Below are positions 1 to 11,894 of a stretch of DNA of 64,000 nucleotides, piece after piece. Numbering within the stretch: the first letter of the stretch is position 1; every line of letters begins with the position of its first letter. The notes under the pieces are model-generated. The model was not told where the DNA came from, made no database searches, and saw only the letters and a list, made by a program, of their open reading frames with translations. Both the position numbers and the translations under genes were made by a program. This stretch comes from Moniliella sp. 'wahieum' (lineage: Eukaryota). Location of the stretch: assembly GCA_003971905.1 (NCBI GenBank), contig RSEE01000024.1, positions 1 through 64,000 of the forward strand. Direction: 5' to 3'.

Positions 1-14
1 CCTAACCCTAACCC
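1..14 (+). repeat. Telomeric repeat (CCCTAA)n remnant at the window start
   Basis: The sequence begins CCTAACCCTAACCC, the C-strand of the canonical fungal TTAGGG telomere. Only about 2 units are visible. Confidence 0.6.
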
Positions 15-3000
15 AAGACTTGGTTGGTGCGTCGATCCGGTCGATTGCTCGCAAAAAAGGGGTACCCTTCGAGCAAGTCGAATGCAGCGCAGAGAAGACG
101 TCGCGGCGAACGGGTCGGAGCGGATCGGATTGGCAGCGGCAGCTGCAGCGTTTAATGCACCCGGACAAGCGCGCGTGGGTTTATCTGAAAGAAACGTGGT
201 CGTGTTTACTCCCCCTCCGAGTCGGAGGGGGAGACTTCTGGCGGCGGTCAAAACGCCAGCGAGGCCCGCGATAGGGGCGGGTGTGGTTGTGGGGCGTCAG
301 TAGGGCCAGTGCGCCGGTCGACGCGGAGGGCAGCGCTCAACGCTATCTTTGCGGCCGGGCTCTCCGGGCTGCCTTGTAGAAGCGGCCTTGATCCCTTGCC
401 CGGTGGATCTGACGATGGGTTGGCGTCCGGTAAGGATGAAGGGGACGGAATGGGAAGTGAGGGGGGTGGATCGCAGGGCGAGGAGGCCGACAGCGAGGGC
501 GAGGGAGCCGCTCGGGGCGGGGCATGCTCGAGGCGGTCTCTGGTCCCCTCCCGTCTGGCCCCTGACGAAGCTCCTTCGCAGGGCAAAGAAAACAGTGTCA
601 TGTTCGCCAAACGTGACCTGGGGCTCCATGCTTGCGGGGATGCCCTTGTGGAACATCTCGTACTAGTCTATCAGCACGCGCCGACCAACGTCACCCTCGG
701 TGCTGTTGTCTCGCCACTGTCCCTCGCCCGCCTATCTACCTGCACCCGCCAAGAATTGGTTTGCCACTGCGTACGAGCGATTCTGGCATGAAAGTGGTGG
801 CAGGGGGGCGCTGCAGCCCTTTTATGAGTCCCCCTCGGCCCTCGTGCCGCCCTGCCCCAGCTCTGTCTCGAAGCACCCCACGTGTTGTGCATGACGATGA
901 ATGTGACGCAACTGAGTGCCGACGACTATGCCCCGAATCGGCAGTGGTTGGACGAACGGTTCTCCCCAGCCCAGGCGATTCTGGACGATCTCAAGAAGCT
1001 CAATCAAACGAGATCATCGATATCTCTACCACAGTGGCTGCCTTGGCTCAACTGTATCGGTACGTTCGTGACCCGTCCATGCGTTGGGATGCTCTTCTGC
1101 TTTCCTGGCACCCCGCCGCGGTAACAGGTGCGACAAAAAGGATCAAAGGAGAGAAAGAAAAGCGCGAAGAGCAAGAGGGTGCTAACCCGCACATGTCCCA
1201 TGAGCAGATGGGGCACCATGCCAACCCTCACAACTGCGCAAGACGATGCATTCTCTTTGCCCGATACACTGTTCATCTCAATATGTTGTACCTCAACTCC
1301 CGTTTTGATCAGTGGGGGGGGGGGGGGGACCACAACGTGTTACAACAACTAGAATGATACGGAGGACCGACTGGCGTATCTGGCGACCAAGAACGTACGT
1401 ATATGATGATGATCTTTTCAGCGTCGTGACTCAACCCCACTAGAAAAGGAACCGAAGGGGGACGATATACTTACTGGATCACTTCGCTTTATCAGTTTGA
1501 CCAAGCTTCGCATGATGCCGAGCACTGGACCGCCAAGTTGTTTGTCGCCATGGAAGGCACTGCCCACCCCGCGAAGGAGCAGCCCCTTGAATAATAGAGT
1601 TGCCTCCTTTGACTGAAACACTATGCATGGCTCAATGTTGACGAGCACCTCAGTGCTTCATCCTTGCGGCCTCATCTTTGCTCCAGCTACGTTCCTCTTG
1701 AGTGGGATATCAGGGCGTGGCAAGGCTGCCGTCGGCACTGTTCGCTCAGGACTGTCGCTGCACTGCTGGCCCACGTTATGATGACGGTACGTTGCCCACG
1801 TTCTCTTGCACAGTCCAAGTTATGACAACCAACGCAGATCAAACACCAAACCGCAAGCAACTGGGACGTACGAACTCACGCAAGGAGGAACCTGCCTGGA
1901 TCAATACTCCTTTTCCAGGCATGCGAGCGTATGCAGTGGCCATGGAGGCACTGCCCCACTTGACGACGGGCATCTGCACTGGTCAAGAAAGTACCCGCTC
2001 CACTCCCTTTCGGTGGGGTCTGCTCGGATGATCTGATTGCCATTTGGCCGGGAAAGGACGTGCAAAGGGGGGTCGGACCTGCATCCGCCTCTTTTAGCGG
2101 CCGAGCCGCCCCTGCGGAATAGCCATCTGCCTCTGGGCAACACGGCGGACGCCTTCCATGCCATCTGCAGCGCTTCCTGCTGCAGTGCGGGGCTGGAGCG
2201 GCTGCTGCTCATGCAAAAGGGTTAGCGCGAGAGCGCCGAGGCTGCCTCGGGGGCGTGCGAGGAGCAGCCGGCAGGGCAACGCCATGCACATGGCCTCGAC
2301 GCGAAACAGCTGCGGAACATGGTGTGGGCGGGACAATGGTAAAGGGGGTGGCCAAATCGGCTGCTGCGGCTGGGACAAGGGGGACAACGGCGGTGAAGGC
2401 GTGAGGGGGGGACGAGACGCAAGGGGAGGCAGGATGCACCACCAAAAGGCGCACTGGGTGCGCTGCGTGTCGGATGGGCGGGTCGATAGACACGGCGCCG
2501 CTTGATTGGTGCGCTGTGCTGCAGAGCGTGGCAAACGCCTACTGCTGTCCCCAAGAAGAGCGGCAGCGTAGGTTGGTTCGTGGCCAGGGCAGGCCGGTAA
2601 GGACGGGGGCCCACCAAGGAGGGTGTACGTGGTCCGCGCAGCCGCGCGTGGCGAAGGGCCAGTGGGGGGAGTGTGGCGCGGATGTGAGTGCGGGTCCCCC
2701 CCCGGCACAGCCCTGGGCCGCTCGGTATCGCGGCGAGCGTTGGGTGGTCGCGTTGCGGCCGCCGCGTCGGTTGGCGCGCCCACGCCGGTGCAACATTGGC
2801 TGCGGCCACACGTGCAACCCTAGCGCCGCGCCGAATTTAATTCGTCGCGTCGGAGCGGCTTTTGCTTCTGCGCGACCAACCAACACTTTGCAGCCGCTGC
2901 TGCAGCTCTTGTCCTAGCTTCTTCTTTTGCTATACACCAAGCCGGATGCGTGCCCATGGGGGGTCGCGCCTCTTGCCTCCGTATTGCTGCCCATCCTTGT

Positions 3001-4722
3001 CCATGCAGCGCCCGATGCGAGAGCGCGGCTGGGACGCAGGCCTAGGAGATGGTCTGCAGCACCAGGCCGAGCAGGACACGCTGTTCCCTCGCCCGCCCAC
3101 CTCGTGTCGTCGGTACGACGAACCGGGCCTTGCCTACAAACGTGAATCGTGTCCTTCCCGAATCGCCGCCGACACGATGCGTGGCGGAATGCAAATCAAC
3201 CTGGAGGCGGCCCACCCATGGGGTAGCGCAACTTTGATAGTGGCGATGCCTGTACGTGTTGATACCCTTCTGGAACCCAAGTGGCTGACATTTCGCATTA
3301 ACTGGAAGCAGCTCCAGAGGCATTCTGCGCGCACTCAAGCAGCCCTTAACTCGCCACGTCCACGTCCCCCCAGCCGTTGTGCAAGACACCAATGCAGGGA
3401 ATATGTCAAAGGCAGGACACGCTTCCCGCCCCCTGCGGATGCACCGGAAGGGAAGGCTTCTACGGCTGGCGAAGAGCAGATACTGCTCGATGCTACTGTG
3501 TTGCCGGACGCGCGTAAAAACAGGTCGGGGGGGGGGGGCTGCTCTTCATCCCCCTCGTTGAACCCTGAAAGGATAGAGACGGGGTTGATGAGCCTCACTC
3601 TCGATTGGATACTGAGGTTAATCATGGATGTAACTCCCTCATTGGATGCACTTGTTGAGCAGGTGGACTGGCGGCCACCACCTAACCCGAGCTGTGCCAG
3701 AGTGAATCCTCCGCCTCGCCCCTTTTGCTCGCCGCTCGCAGCGGGACTGTGACCCCATTATGCCTCCCCTTGTTCTCCCTTCCCCAATTCGCAGCCCGCG
3801 CGCCTCCGCTGCCGCGCACAGACCGGCCAGGCCCTCTCCTCCCAGAATGGTTGGGTTCCTCAACATGAAAACCGCATTGATCCTCATCCAAGACATATCT
3901 TCGTCCGGCCTGGACCCAGGAGCAAGCCCAAGCTCTTCTCAGACGCGCTCCCTTCGCCGCCCGCAAAGACCTCTACGATGCTCAATCCCTTCCATCCAGC
4001 GAACGCATTCCTCACCTCAAGCTTGCTGTGCCGACCGTCAGCGCCTTCCATATTACATCCGAAAAGGATCATCCGCGCGGCCCTGCTCAATACCGGGGCT
4101 ATGGTTCCCTCTACTGGTTTACATGTACGACGTCGACCCCCACTCCCACGTCCCCTGGTATGATGTACTGAGCGAATCGCTTGTCCAGGCCGGAACGTAC
4201 AGGCACGGGTATGCAGGCGGAGATGAATAATCAAGAATGTCAGAGCTAGGGCAAAAGGGCGCTATATATCGAACGGCCTGACCCGTTGGTTCTTCGGGGA
4301 CAAGATGCGATGTGCCTCTCATACATCGTGCCTGCCACTCGCTCGCACCCGTCCCTCTGGCTCACGCGCTGTGTAGGAAGGATATGAACTTCTGTCGACA
4401 CGGAGGCCAAGACAAAACACCGAAAGTACGACTCTAATACAATGGGTGCCTCTGTTCCCTCCGTCTCTCTGCGGGTGACTACGCCCGCGGTTGGGCCAAG
4501 GCTGCTTTGTCGCAATGGCAGTGAAAATCAAGCGTTTCGACCATGTTGTGATACTTCAGGACCCGGGCTGGGCATTCTCGGCGCTTTGTGTGCTCAAGAA
4601 CGCCAAGACAAGCAAGATGTGTTCGAAGAACGTTCTGCACTGCGTGTGCCACCTTGTGGGTTCAATGTGTGAAGGGACTTGGTATGCCACGCCTCGAATA
4701 GCGCGGCAGTTATCCCGTGCAA

Positions 4723-4797
4723 CTTCGGTGTGGTGACCTCTTTTTGTTATCCAGTTGGTCTTCGGTGTGGTGACCTCTTTTTGTCATGCCAGTTGGT
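4723..4797. repeat. Two-copy ~37-bp tandem duplication
   Basis: CTTCGGTGTGGTGACCTCTTTTTGT...CCAGTTGGT occurs twice in tandem. Confidence 0.85.
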
Positions 4798-6643
4798 GTG
4801 TAAGGAGGTGGCTCGAACCTTCATCTCGCCATCAGGACGCCTGTGAGAGTGTGTCGGCACACGACAATGGGTAGGTCAATTCAAAACCCCCGTCTCCATC
4901 AAGCCGCCGATTGCAAGAGCTGGGCCGAGGGTCGCCAGTCCGCATGGTGGGCTGGGGCGGGGCACGGTGGGTGTCCAGCGTCGCCTTGTCTCTGTTGCCC
5001 TTGTTTGTGGGGCAGGCTTGCGTCATGGCTGGCTCTGGTTTGCGGCTTGAGTCACCACCACACTCACGGGTTCCCTGCGGTTTTCTTCGTACGTTCATCC
5101 TCCCAAGCAGCTGGTCGGCATGGAATGCATGAGAACCACACCCTTCCCAATTGCTTTCCTCTGACCACGCCCAGGAACGAGGAGAACGGGCGATAGTGCG
5201 TAGTGGGATGCCGATCCGGTCTCTTGGCCGGGTGCAGGACAGGGGGCAGCTGGCGGTGGCCAGAGGCGCGCTCCGAGCGGTGCATCTTGGCTGCTATGCG
5301 GGCGATTGTGGCTGATGAAGGCGCCTTCTGTCGTCCGAGTAGAACTGCACGATTGAAATGAGGGAGTGACGCGCGAGCCCAACAAGCAGCTGGCGCTCCT
5401 GTGGCCTGGCGCGGTACAGTTGAACTTAGTCCTCCACCTTTCCACCGCCATCTTCTCCTCCGCCTTGCCAGCCGCCTAGACATCGTGGCGAATCATGTGG
5501 CCTGCCGTGATGCGCGTGCCGGAGGGGGGTGGGAACTTGCATAACACCCACAGCTCAGGCGCGCACGCGCTTAGCCAGGCGGTCGGTGTCAGCGGTGCTC
5601 GGCCCATACTGACCAGCCGCTGAAGCGGACAACACGGCGCTTCCGATTCAGATCCATTCAAGTAGTGGAGTGCGATGTGCCCTCGCCGCCGGACAGCACG
5701 GATGGTGCGGCGTCGATTCAAACAGGCCGCGGGTCGCTTAGGAATTGTTTTTCTACGTCTCTCGATGGCCATGATGTGTTGAACCTGCTTACTCTTTCCG
5801 GAGGCGGGTTTGCCGGGAGGCTCCTCGTTCGATGTTTGCGCTTCCCTTGGGTGGACCGCCAGGTCAGAGCAGGCATGCTAGGGCGGGCAGCTCGTACGCT
5901 GCACCCCCAGGCGACGCCTGTGGGGTTGAGGCACTCTGAACCCCACCTTGCACGGGCTGCCGTGCAGGACCGCCTGCTTTGTTGTGGGTCGCTCTGCAAC
6001 TGAACTTCAGCATCTGCTTCGTTCAATGGGGACGGATGATCTTACGGATCAGCAGCCCCAGATTGACGAGCTGCCCCGACGTGAGGAAGGCAATCCGGGG
6101 GGCGCGGATCCGGGTGATGCGGACGGTCAGGAGTGGGACAATGCACTTCTCCTACCAGGCCCGGATGGTGGCTTAAGCATTTGGGTGCCAACAGTGGTGG
6201 TATTCCGGTTGCTTCAATGCGCAGTTACTGGCAAGGCGGGATCGGATATGGTGTTTCCCATCGCAGTGGGACTGCTCGACTCCTTATCAGACTGGACTCA
6301 TATCACTCCTGCTCTCGCTCCTGCCCCTCTGGTGGTGTTGCGACCAAGATAGGATTGACGCTGCCATCACATGTCATGCACGATGTACCCACTATTTGCT
6401 CATCAAGTATGAAGCCACCCAAGCATTGCTGTGCTGTAACGTGGTGTGCTTGACAAATTGTGGCAGTCGTTGGTATGTTCGCCTCAAAGACCCGCGACCG
6501 TCGCAGTCATTGTCCGCTTCAACATCTATGACAGGTGCTCGGATGCTTCTGTGCAGCATGTTCTCAAAAGACGATAGCGGACGGAGAGGTAAGCTGAATG
6601 ATGATATGCATTACTATGTTCCTACACATGCTTGGTGTTGCAG

Positions 6644-7720
6644 ACGGCGAGCGCAGGTTTGAAGATGAGGAACACAGGCTTGATGGCGAGCGCCGGCTTG
6701 AAGATGGCGAACGCAAACTTAGAGATGGCTCGGACAGCCTTGATGACGAGCAACGGCTTGGGGATGGCGAGCGCAGGCTTGAAGGCGGGGGTACATGCTT
6801 GAAGATGCCTGGCGCAGGGTTGAAGACGGTGGGCACAAGCTCATGGCAAGCACAGGCTTGCACATGACGAGCGCGTGCTGGGACATGGCCAGCAGAAGGC
6901 TTGCACACGGCGAGCGCGTGCTTGGACATGGCCAGCGCAAGCTTAGAGACACCAGACACATGGTTGAAGCATCAGGTGCCGTCAGGTGAGCGACCGCAAG
7001 ATGGACGCGACAAACAGAGCATCATGGTATACTTGCACATGGGCAACACCAGCTGGGACATGGCCGTGACGAGCGTCAAGATGGACCACACACCCATAAC
7101 GACCATGGGGGAGAGCGACGTGGTGAGGGGCAAGAGGCTGGTTCAAGAGCGGGTCAGAATGAGGCATGGGAGCGTGGGATGGCATGGGATGGCACGGGAT
7201 GGGATGCTTAACGATGCGCGTGACCAGGTTGCACATGCCCGAGACGACGTTCGAGATCGGCATCCCAAGTAGAGCGACAGCTGGGGCGGCCAAGGATGTG
7301 CGCATGGGCCAGCAGAGCATCCGAATGGGTCGACGTGGCAAGCAGCACGGTGTGCTTGGACATGGCCGAGCCTGGTGCGAAGATGGCCGAGACGAGTGTC
7401 CAGATGCCCAACACGATCTTGGTGCCGGCGGCGCCGGGCGAAGCTATGACGACAAAGCGGATGGACCACCAGCGGGGGAATCGACTCGCATGGGATGCTG
7501 CATGGTGCGCTTGGACATGGGCGAGGTAATTGGGGAGATGGCCGAGACGAGCGTACAGATGGCCAACTCAAGGGCGGCGGTGGTGTCGGCAGGCGAGGCG
7601 GTGTGAAGCTTGACGCCCAGCGCGCCGGCTGGGGCCAGCAGACATGCGCAATGGTATGCACCATGGCCTGCTTCCGCATGGGTGAGCCAAGAATGGGGAT
7701 GGCCGCGACGAGCATGGCGA
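6644..7720 (+). repeat. Degenerate 21-nt (heptad) tandem array, probably part of a spliced repeat-protein gene
   Basis: Units resemble GATGGCGAGCGCAGGCTTGAA (21 nt, with some 18-nt units). They are preceded by + strand intron-like segments 6473-6534 (GTATGT..ACAG) and 6589-6643 (GTAAGC..TGCAG). Confidence 0.7.
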
Positions 7721-8714
7721 TGGCGGCGAGAGGGTGGCAATGGCGAGGGCGGGTGTGGGAGGGAGGCGCACGGCAGTGGGACGGGTGGGGAGGCAGGTGG
7801 GTGTGAGAAAGAGGCCCGGACGCGTGCACAGTGGCTGGACCGACGGCGGCAGAGAAGAGAGAGGGTCAGCGGAGGCCAGGGGGATGGCAGACAAGGCACG
7901 GAAAAGCATCGGAGAGAGGACAGGGAGACTGAGAATGGGGGCTAAACGAGGCAACAGACGTGGGGGCCGAGTAACGCCGGCAGGGATGGTGGATATGGCG
8001 ATAAGAAGGCAACAGCGGCCATCGCCACGCCAGCGCATTCAACGTTCCACCGCCGCTACCTGAAACTTTGAAGATCGCAATAGCGCAGATCCGCCATCAC
8101 ACTGTCTGAGCCCAGCTGTCTCACCACAGGACACACGGCCCCCTGCCCCTCGCCCAGCTGGGCCAGAAAACGACTGGACCTGTCGAGGGAGCCTGAGAAG
8201 GACGTCTCACTCTAATTCAACGCCAAATCTCTGGCAGGAGAAGGCTTAGGATGATCAGATCCTGACTATTGGGACCCCGAGGGCAACGCATCATGATGAA
8301 CGTCAATAACAGCCCGCCCCACAAAGGCTCCGACACATGCATACCCTAAACGCCCACCGCCTCTGGACTCCCACGGAGAACCAATTCGTCTGGCTGGGTA
8401 AGGGAAGGGGGAACCATATCTTGGGATAGCGGGCGCGGTACGCACGCGGTGGACAGAGTACGCAGAGCACGTCGAGCACTTCTACAACACCCTGGACGGC
8501 AAGAGTATGTTAGAGGATGCGTGATCTTCCATCACGGGGGTCATCGACTTTATCGGCCACGCCACTGGTAAGCGAAAGCCATCTTGACTTTCCGCCATGT
8601 GCCCTTCCCTTCTTTCCTTTTTCCCTAAGATTGGACTATTAGCGTCAGGAGCTTACAAGAAGCTCTCTCTGGCTGTTCCCTTCTCTTTCGTGCATAGTTT
8701 ACTATGTTGCACAA

Positions 8715-8807
8715 GTCTTTAGCCCATTGGAAGCTCGTAGCTATCCCGGGTCCAACGGACGGCAATATCTCAGTCCTTAGCCCAGTGGAAGCTCATAGCT
8801 ATCCCGG
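8715..8807. repeat. Two-copy ~35-bp direct repeat
   Basis: AGTC(T/C)TTAGCCCA(T/G)TGGAAGCTC(G/A)TAGCTATCCCGG occurs twice, about 58 bp apart. Confidence 0.85.
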
Positions 8808-9772
8808 CGTTACCGGAAGACAGCTTCCGAGCGCTCTCCGGTGATCGACTCCTCGTCCTCACCTATTGATCGCTCCGCGCGTACCCTCGTGCTCTGCCCC
8901 ATTCTTACAGAGCAGCGTGAGTGCCAGAGCGGTTGAGAGCATTTGAAGACATGCAATGGTTGCAAGTGTGCGGGGAAACGAGAAGCTGGCAATCACGGCA
9001 GAAATGCAAGCGGGTGTGAGAACAATACTCCATGTTATCCTTCGGGTCGAAAGACAACGCGAACGAGATTGAATGGGCCACCGTAAATGTCGAGACGGCA
9101 ACGTTTCTCCGAGGAGCAGGAAGGCGCGGGCGTGGCTACACCCGGCCTTGGTATTAGGGGTGGATTCCGGGCAAGCCGAGCAGGAGTAGTAGAGGCAATC
9201 CAAAGCAGCCCGTGGGTCAGACCCCGCAGCAGTGGACGTCGTCAGGTGGGGTTGAAAGGGTATGCACCAGACTCTGTCGGCTGAATCGTGCCACTGACGC
9301 TGGGCCATCTGGGACGCAGGTCAGTCGTGGTCGAAATGTGCGTCTAACGGGATGTCAGAAGCTGCCAATGGCTCGCCAGCCCGTGGGCCGATTTCGGGGG
9401 AGATGGGGAGCGGTGTGTGGAGGCGCACCCGGACCGGGTGGAGAAAACATGTTGGGCCCGGGGGGGACGGATGGGGCCTGCCGGAGCACAGCGCGATGGG
9501 GGCAGACAGAGGATGAAAGCAGAGTGGGCGCTGTGCTCTGCTGCTTTGAACGCCACGGAACTGCACGGATGGTCGATGGGGTTGGGGAGGCATGAGGGTT
9601 CGTGGAGAGGAAGAGAGAGTTAAGGGAGCTAGAGTGCCCTGAGTGGTGACTCCACTGATCTCTTGAGTGGGTTCGGAACGAGCAAGCCGGACACGCCAGA
9701 TGAGAGAGCCATGAAATGCTGGTATTAGGAGCAGCACCTTTGTCTCATTAGCCTTACCCTTGGTAAAATGAT

Positions 9773-9858
9773 ATATGAATGCACCGAGCATTCTCTGGCA
9801 GAGTTATTCAGATCTCGATATGAATGCACCGAGCATTCTCAGAGTTATTCATATCTCG
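9773..9858. repeat. Two-copy ~44-bp tandem duplication
   Basis: ATATGAATGCACCGAGCATTCTC...CAGAGTTATTCA(G/T)ATCTCGA occurs twice. Confidence 0.85.
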
Positions 9859-10500
9859 AACACTGTTTCGGGGCCTTGCAGTCGATGTCTCGGCTTGCGG
9901 GTAAACACGGACGGCTGCTCGTGCTGACGGGGGACTTTTGCTGCCAAAATGAGTACTACATACGGGATATCCGGGTAACCCAAGGTAGCTAGCTGCTGGT
10001 TGCCCTGGTAGCTGGTATAGCGGGTAGCCCCTCAGATACGAATCGTTTTTACTAATCAGCCTGTCATACATGTCATACGTGTCACATGTCACAGTCACAT
10101 GTGTTACACTCACGCGTCACATCATCCATCATGCATCATGGCGCTCAGCCGCTGAGAGCGTCAGCGCTGCTTATCAACCTTAGCCTGACACGTGACGTAT
10201 GTACCTTGAACGCCGGCAGCGTCACGCGCCACATGTCACAGGTCGTAACGCGTAACGCGTAAAGCTTAGCATGAGACAGAGGGACTACGGTGACGCGGAC
10301 GGTGACAGGTAAGTACTAAGTGACGCGTGACGCGGGTGACGTGTGACATGTGCATGTGACCGGTGACCGGCTGCGGCGTTGAACGTTGACGTAAAAAAGA
10401 CCCTGGTTGTACTGTCTCGCTATTGTCAAGAGGTGCAAGAGGGGGCATCGATATCAATGGGTCTCATCGATCTCAATGCGTATTCTTGTGTTATGCATTA

Positions 10501-10742
10501 CAAGGAGGACCACCACCGGGCCTACGGCCCGGTCAGCTGGGGCTTCGCCCCAGCTGCCGTTCCCCTTCGCCACCTTAGCCACCGTTCCACGCTGGAGAGG
10601 GAACATAATATCCGATGCATGCGGGTGGGGTGGGACAGGAGCGTGGCACCGGTCGCTGATGTAAAGTGTGCAGATCGGGGGTCGTGCAAGTTCCCCCTGT
10701 CCCAGCCTTAAGCTCTGTCAATGAAAGGACGTGATCTAGGGA
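10501..10742 (+). mobile_element. Twin-hairpin element copy 1 (hairpin module plus last ~50 bp of the LINE 3' end)
   Basis: ACCGGGCC-TAC-GGCCCGGT CAGCTGGGGC-TTC-GCCCCAGCTG at 10515-10556. The tail CTGTCCCAGCCTTAAGCTCTGTCAATGA matches 33457-33484 and the reverse complement of ~13626-13652. Confidence 0.75.
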
Positions 10743-11894
10743 TGCATGTTACCTCGTGCATTGGGCTTGGTCGTCTGTCACATGTTACATGTACATGTCA
10801 TCGACATCAGAATCTCCTCGATCTCATCAATCTCGTAGCCATATCAATAAGCTTCAAGCTTCAAGAGCTTCAAGTCAAGTTAGTCATCGACCATATTGAT
10901 CTTTGTTTTATCCGGGCCAGCTGCGGGGGGATCAGTATGCTAGTAATTGCTTCAAGCCTGACCGCACAAGTGAGCTTCTAAGTCCGTGCGACATATGGCC
11001 CTCGTTGGAGAGAGTTGTACAATCAATGAGACAGGATCAATAGATCCTCAAACGTCAGAGGTAGAAATAGTACTTTGGTGTGAAGGTGGCAAAAAGTGTG
11101 ATGGTGTTGGCAGCGTGTGTTCATGCAAAGCACATAGCAAACAGCAACTCCTTAAATTGTCTTAACCCAAAATGGGTATGTATAGAGAAGAGAAGGCCAG
11201 AATTCGTATTCTGAACGGGAAAATATACAAAGGAAAGGTACAGAAAGAGACAGAAGAGGTGAGAAAATGCAGAGAAGGTTCTGGAAGTGGTGGAGATAAG
11301 AATTGGGACAATGAGTGATGACAACAAATCTGTCAGAATCCTACTCCACCGAACAAGCGCCTCACTTGCGCACAGAGGCTCGCCACTCACGCCCGCCGGC
11401 ATCAGTGCATTAGCTTTGTACGTAGAAGTCAATGTCGTGCCGAACGCCGGGCATCGGGCAATGCAAGAAGGGCTGGCCAAAGACGGACCCTCGAATCAAT
11501 GGGGAAGCCGGGGACCCGCCATTTGGTTCACATTGACTCACGTCGATGCATGATGCATGGGATCTCTGACGTGGTTGCCATGGTGCAAGGACAAATAATT
11601 CTGGAGCATTCCGAGATCTTCTTGAAGATTCGGTAGCACACCCAACGCATCTCAGTGTCAGATTTGTGGAACACAAAGGATGATCAAACGATGTATGATG
11701 CATGATGCCTGCGGCCCTGAGGCCCTGAGGCTTGAGGCGGTCTCAGGCGCCTGAGGCCTGGGGCTCAGCGCGCTCAGACGCTCGGCCTGAATATCTGAAT
11801 GTTTAACGTTTAACGTTTAACGTTTAACGTTTAAGATGGATGATGATCGATGCATGTCGCCGCCAAGTATGTACGTTCGACCCCGAGACATCGG

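Noticed and set aside
2094..2825. Gag-like ORF (TYAAAL) between near-telomeric motifs at ~2219 and ~2817
   Set aside because: It rests on a single short motif in low-complexity Pro-rich sequence, with no zinc knuckle or RT nearby, and the telomere-like matches are only 7-8 bp.
4723..9858. Short direct repeats as a possible CRISPR-like array
   Set aside because: There are only two copies each, unrelated to one another, with no spacer series, in a eukaryotic context.
10655..10670. CTGATG in the hairpin module as a hammerhead ribozyme core
   Set aside because: It reads CTGATGTA rather than CTGANGA, has no correctly placed GAAA, and is not conserved in copy 4.
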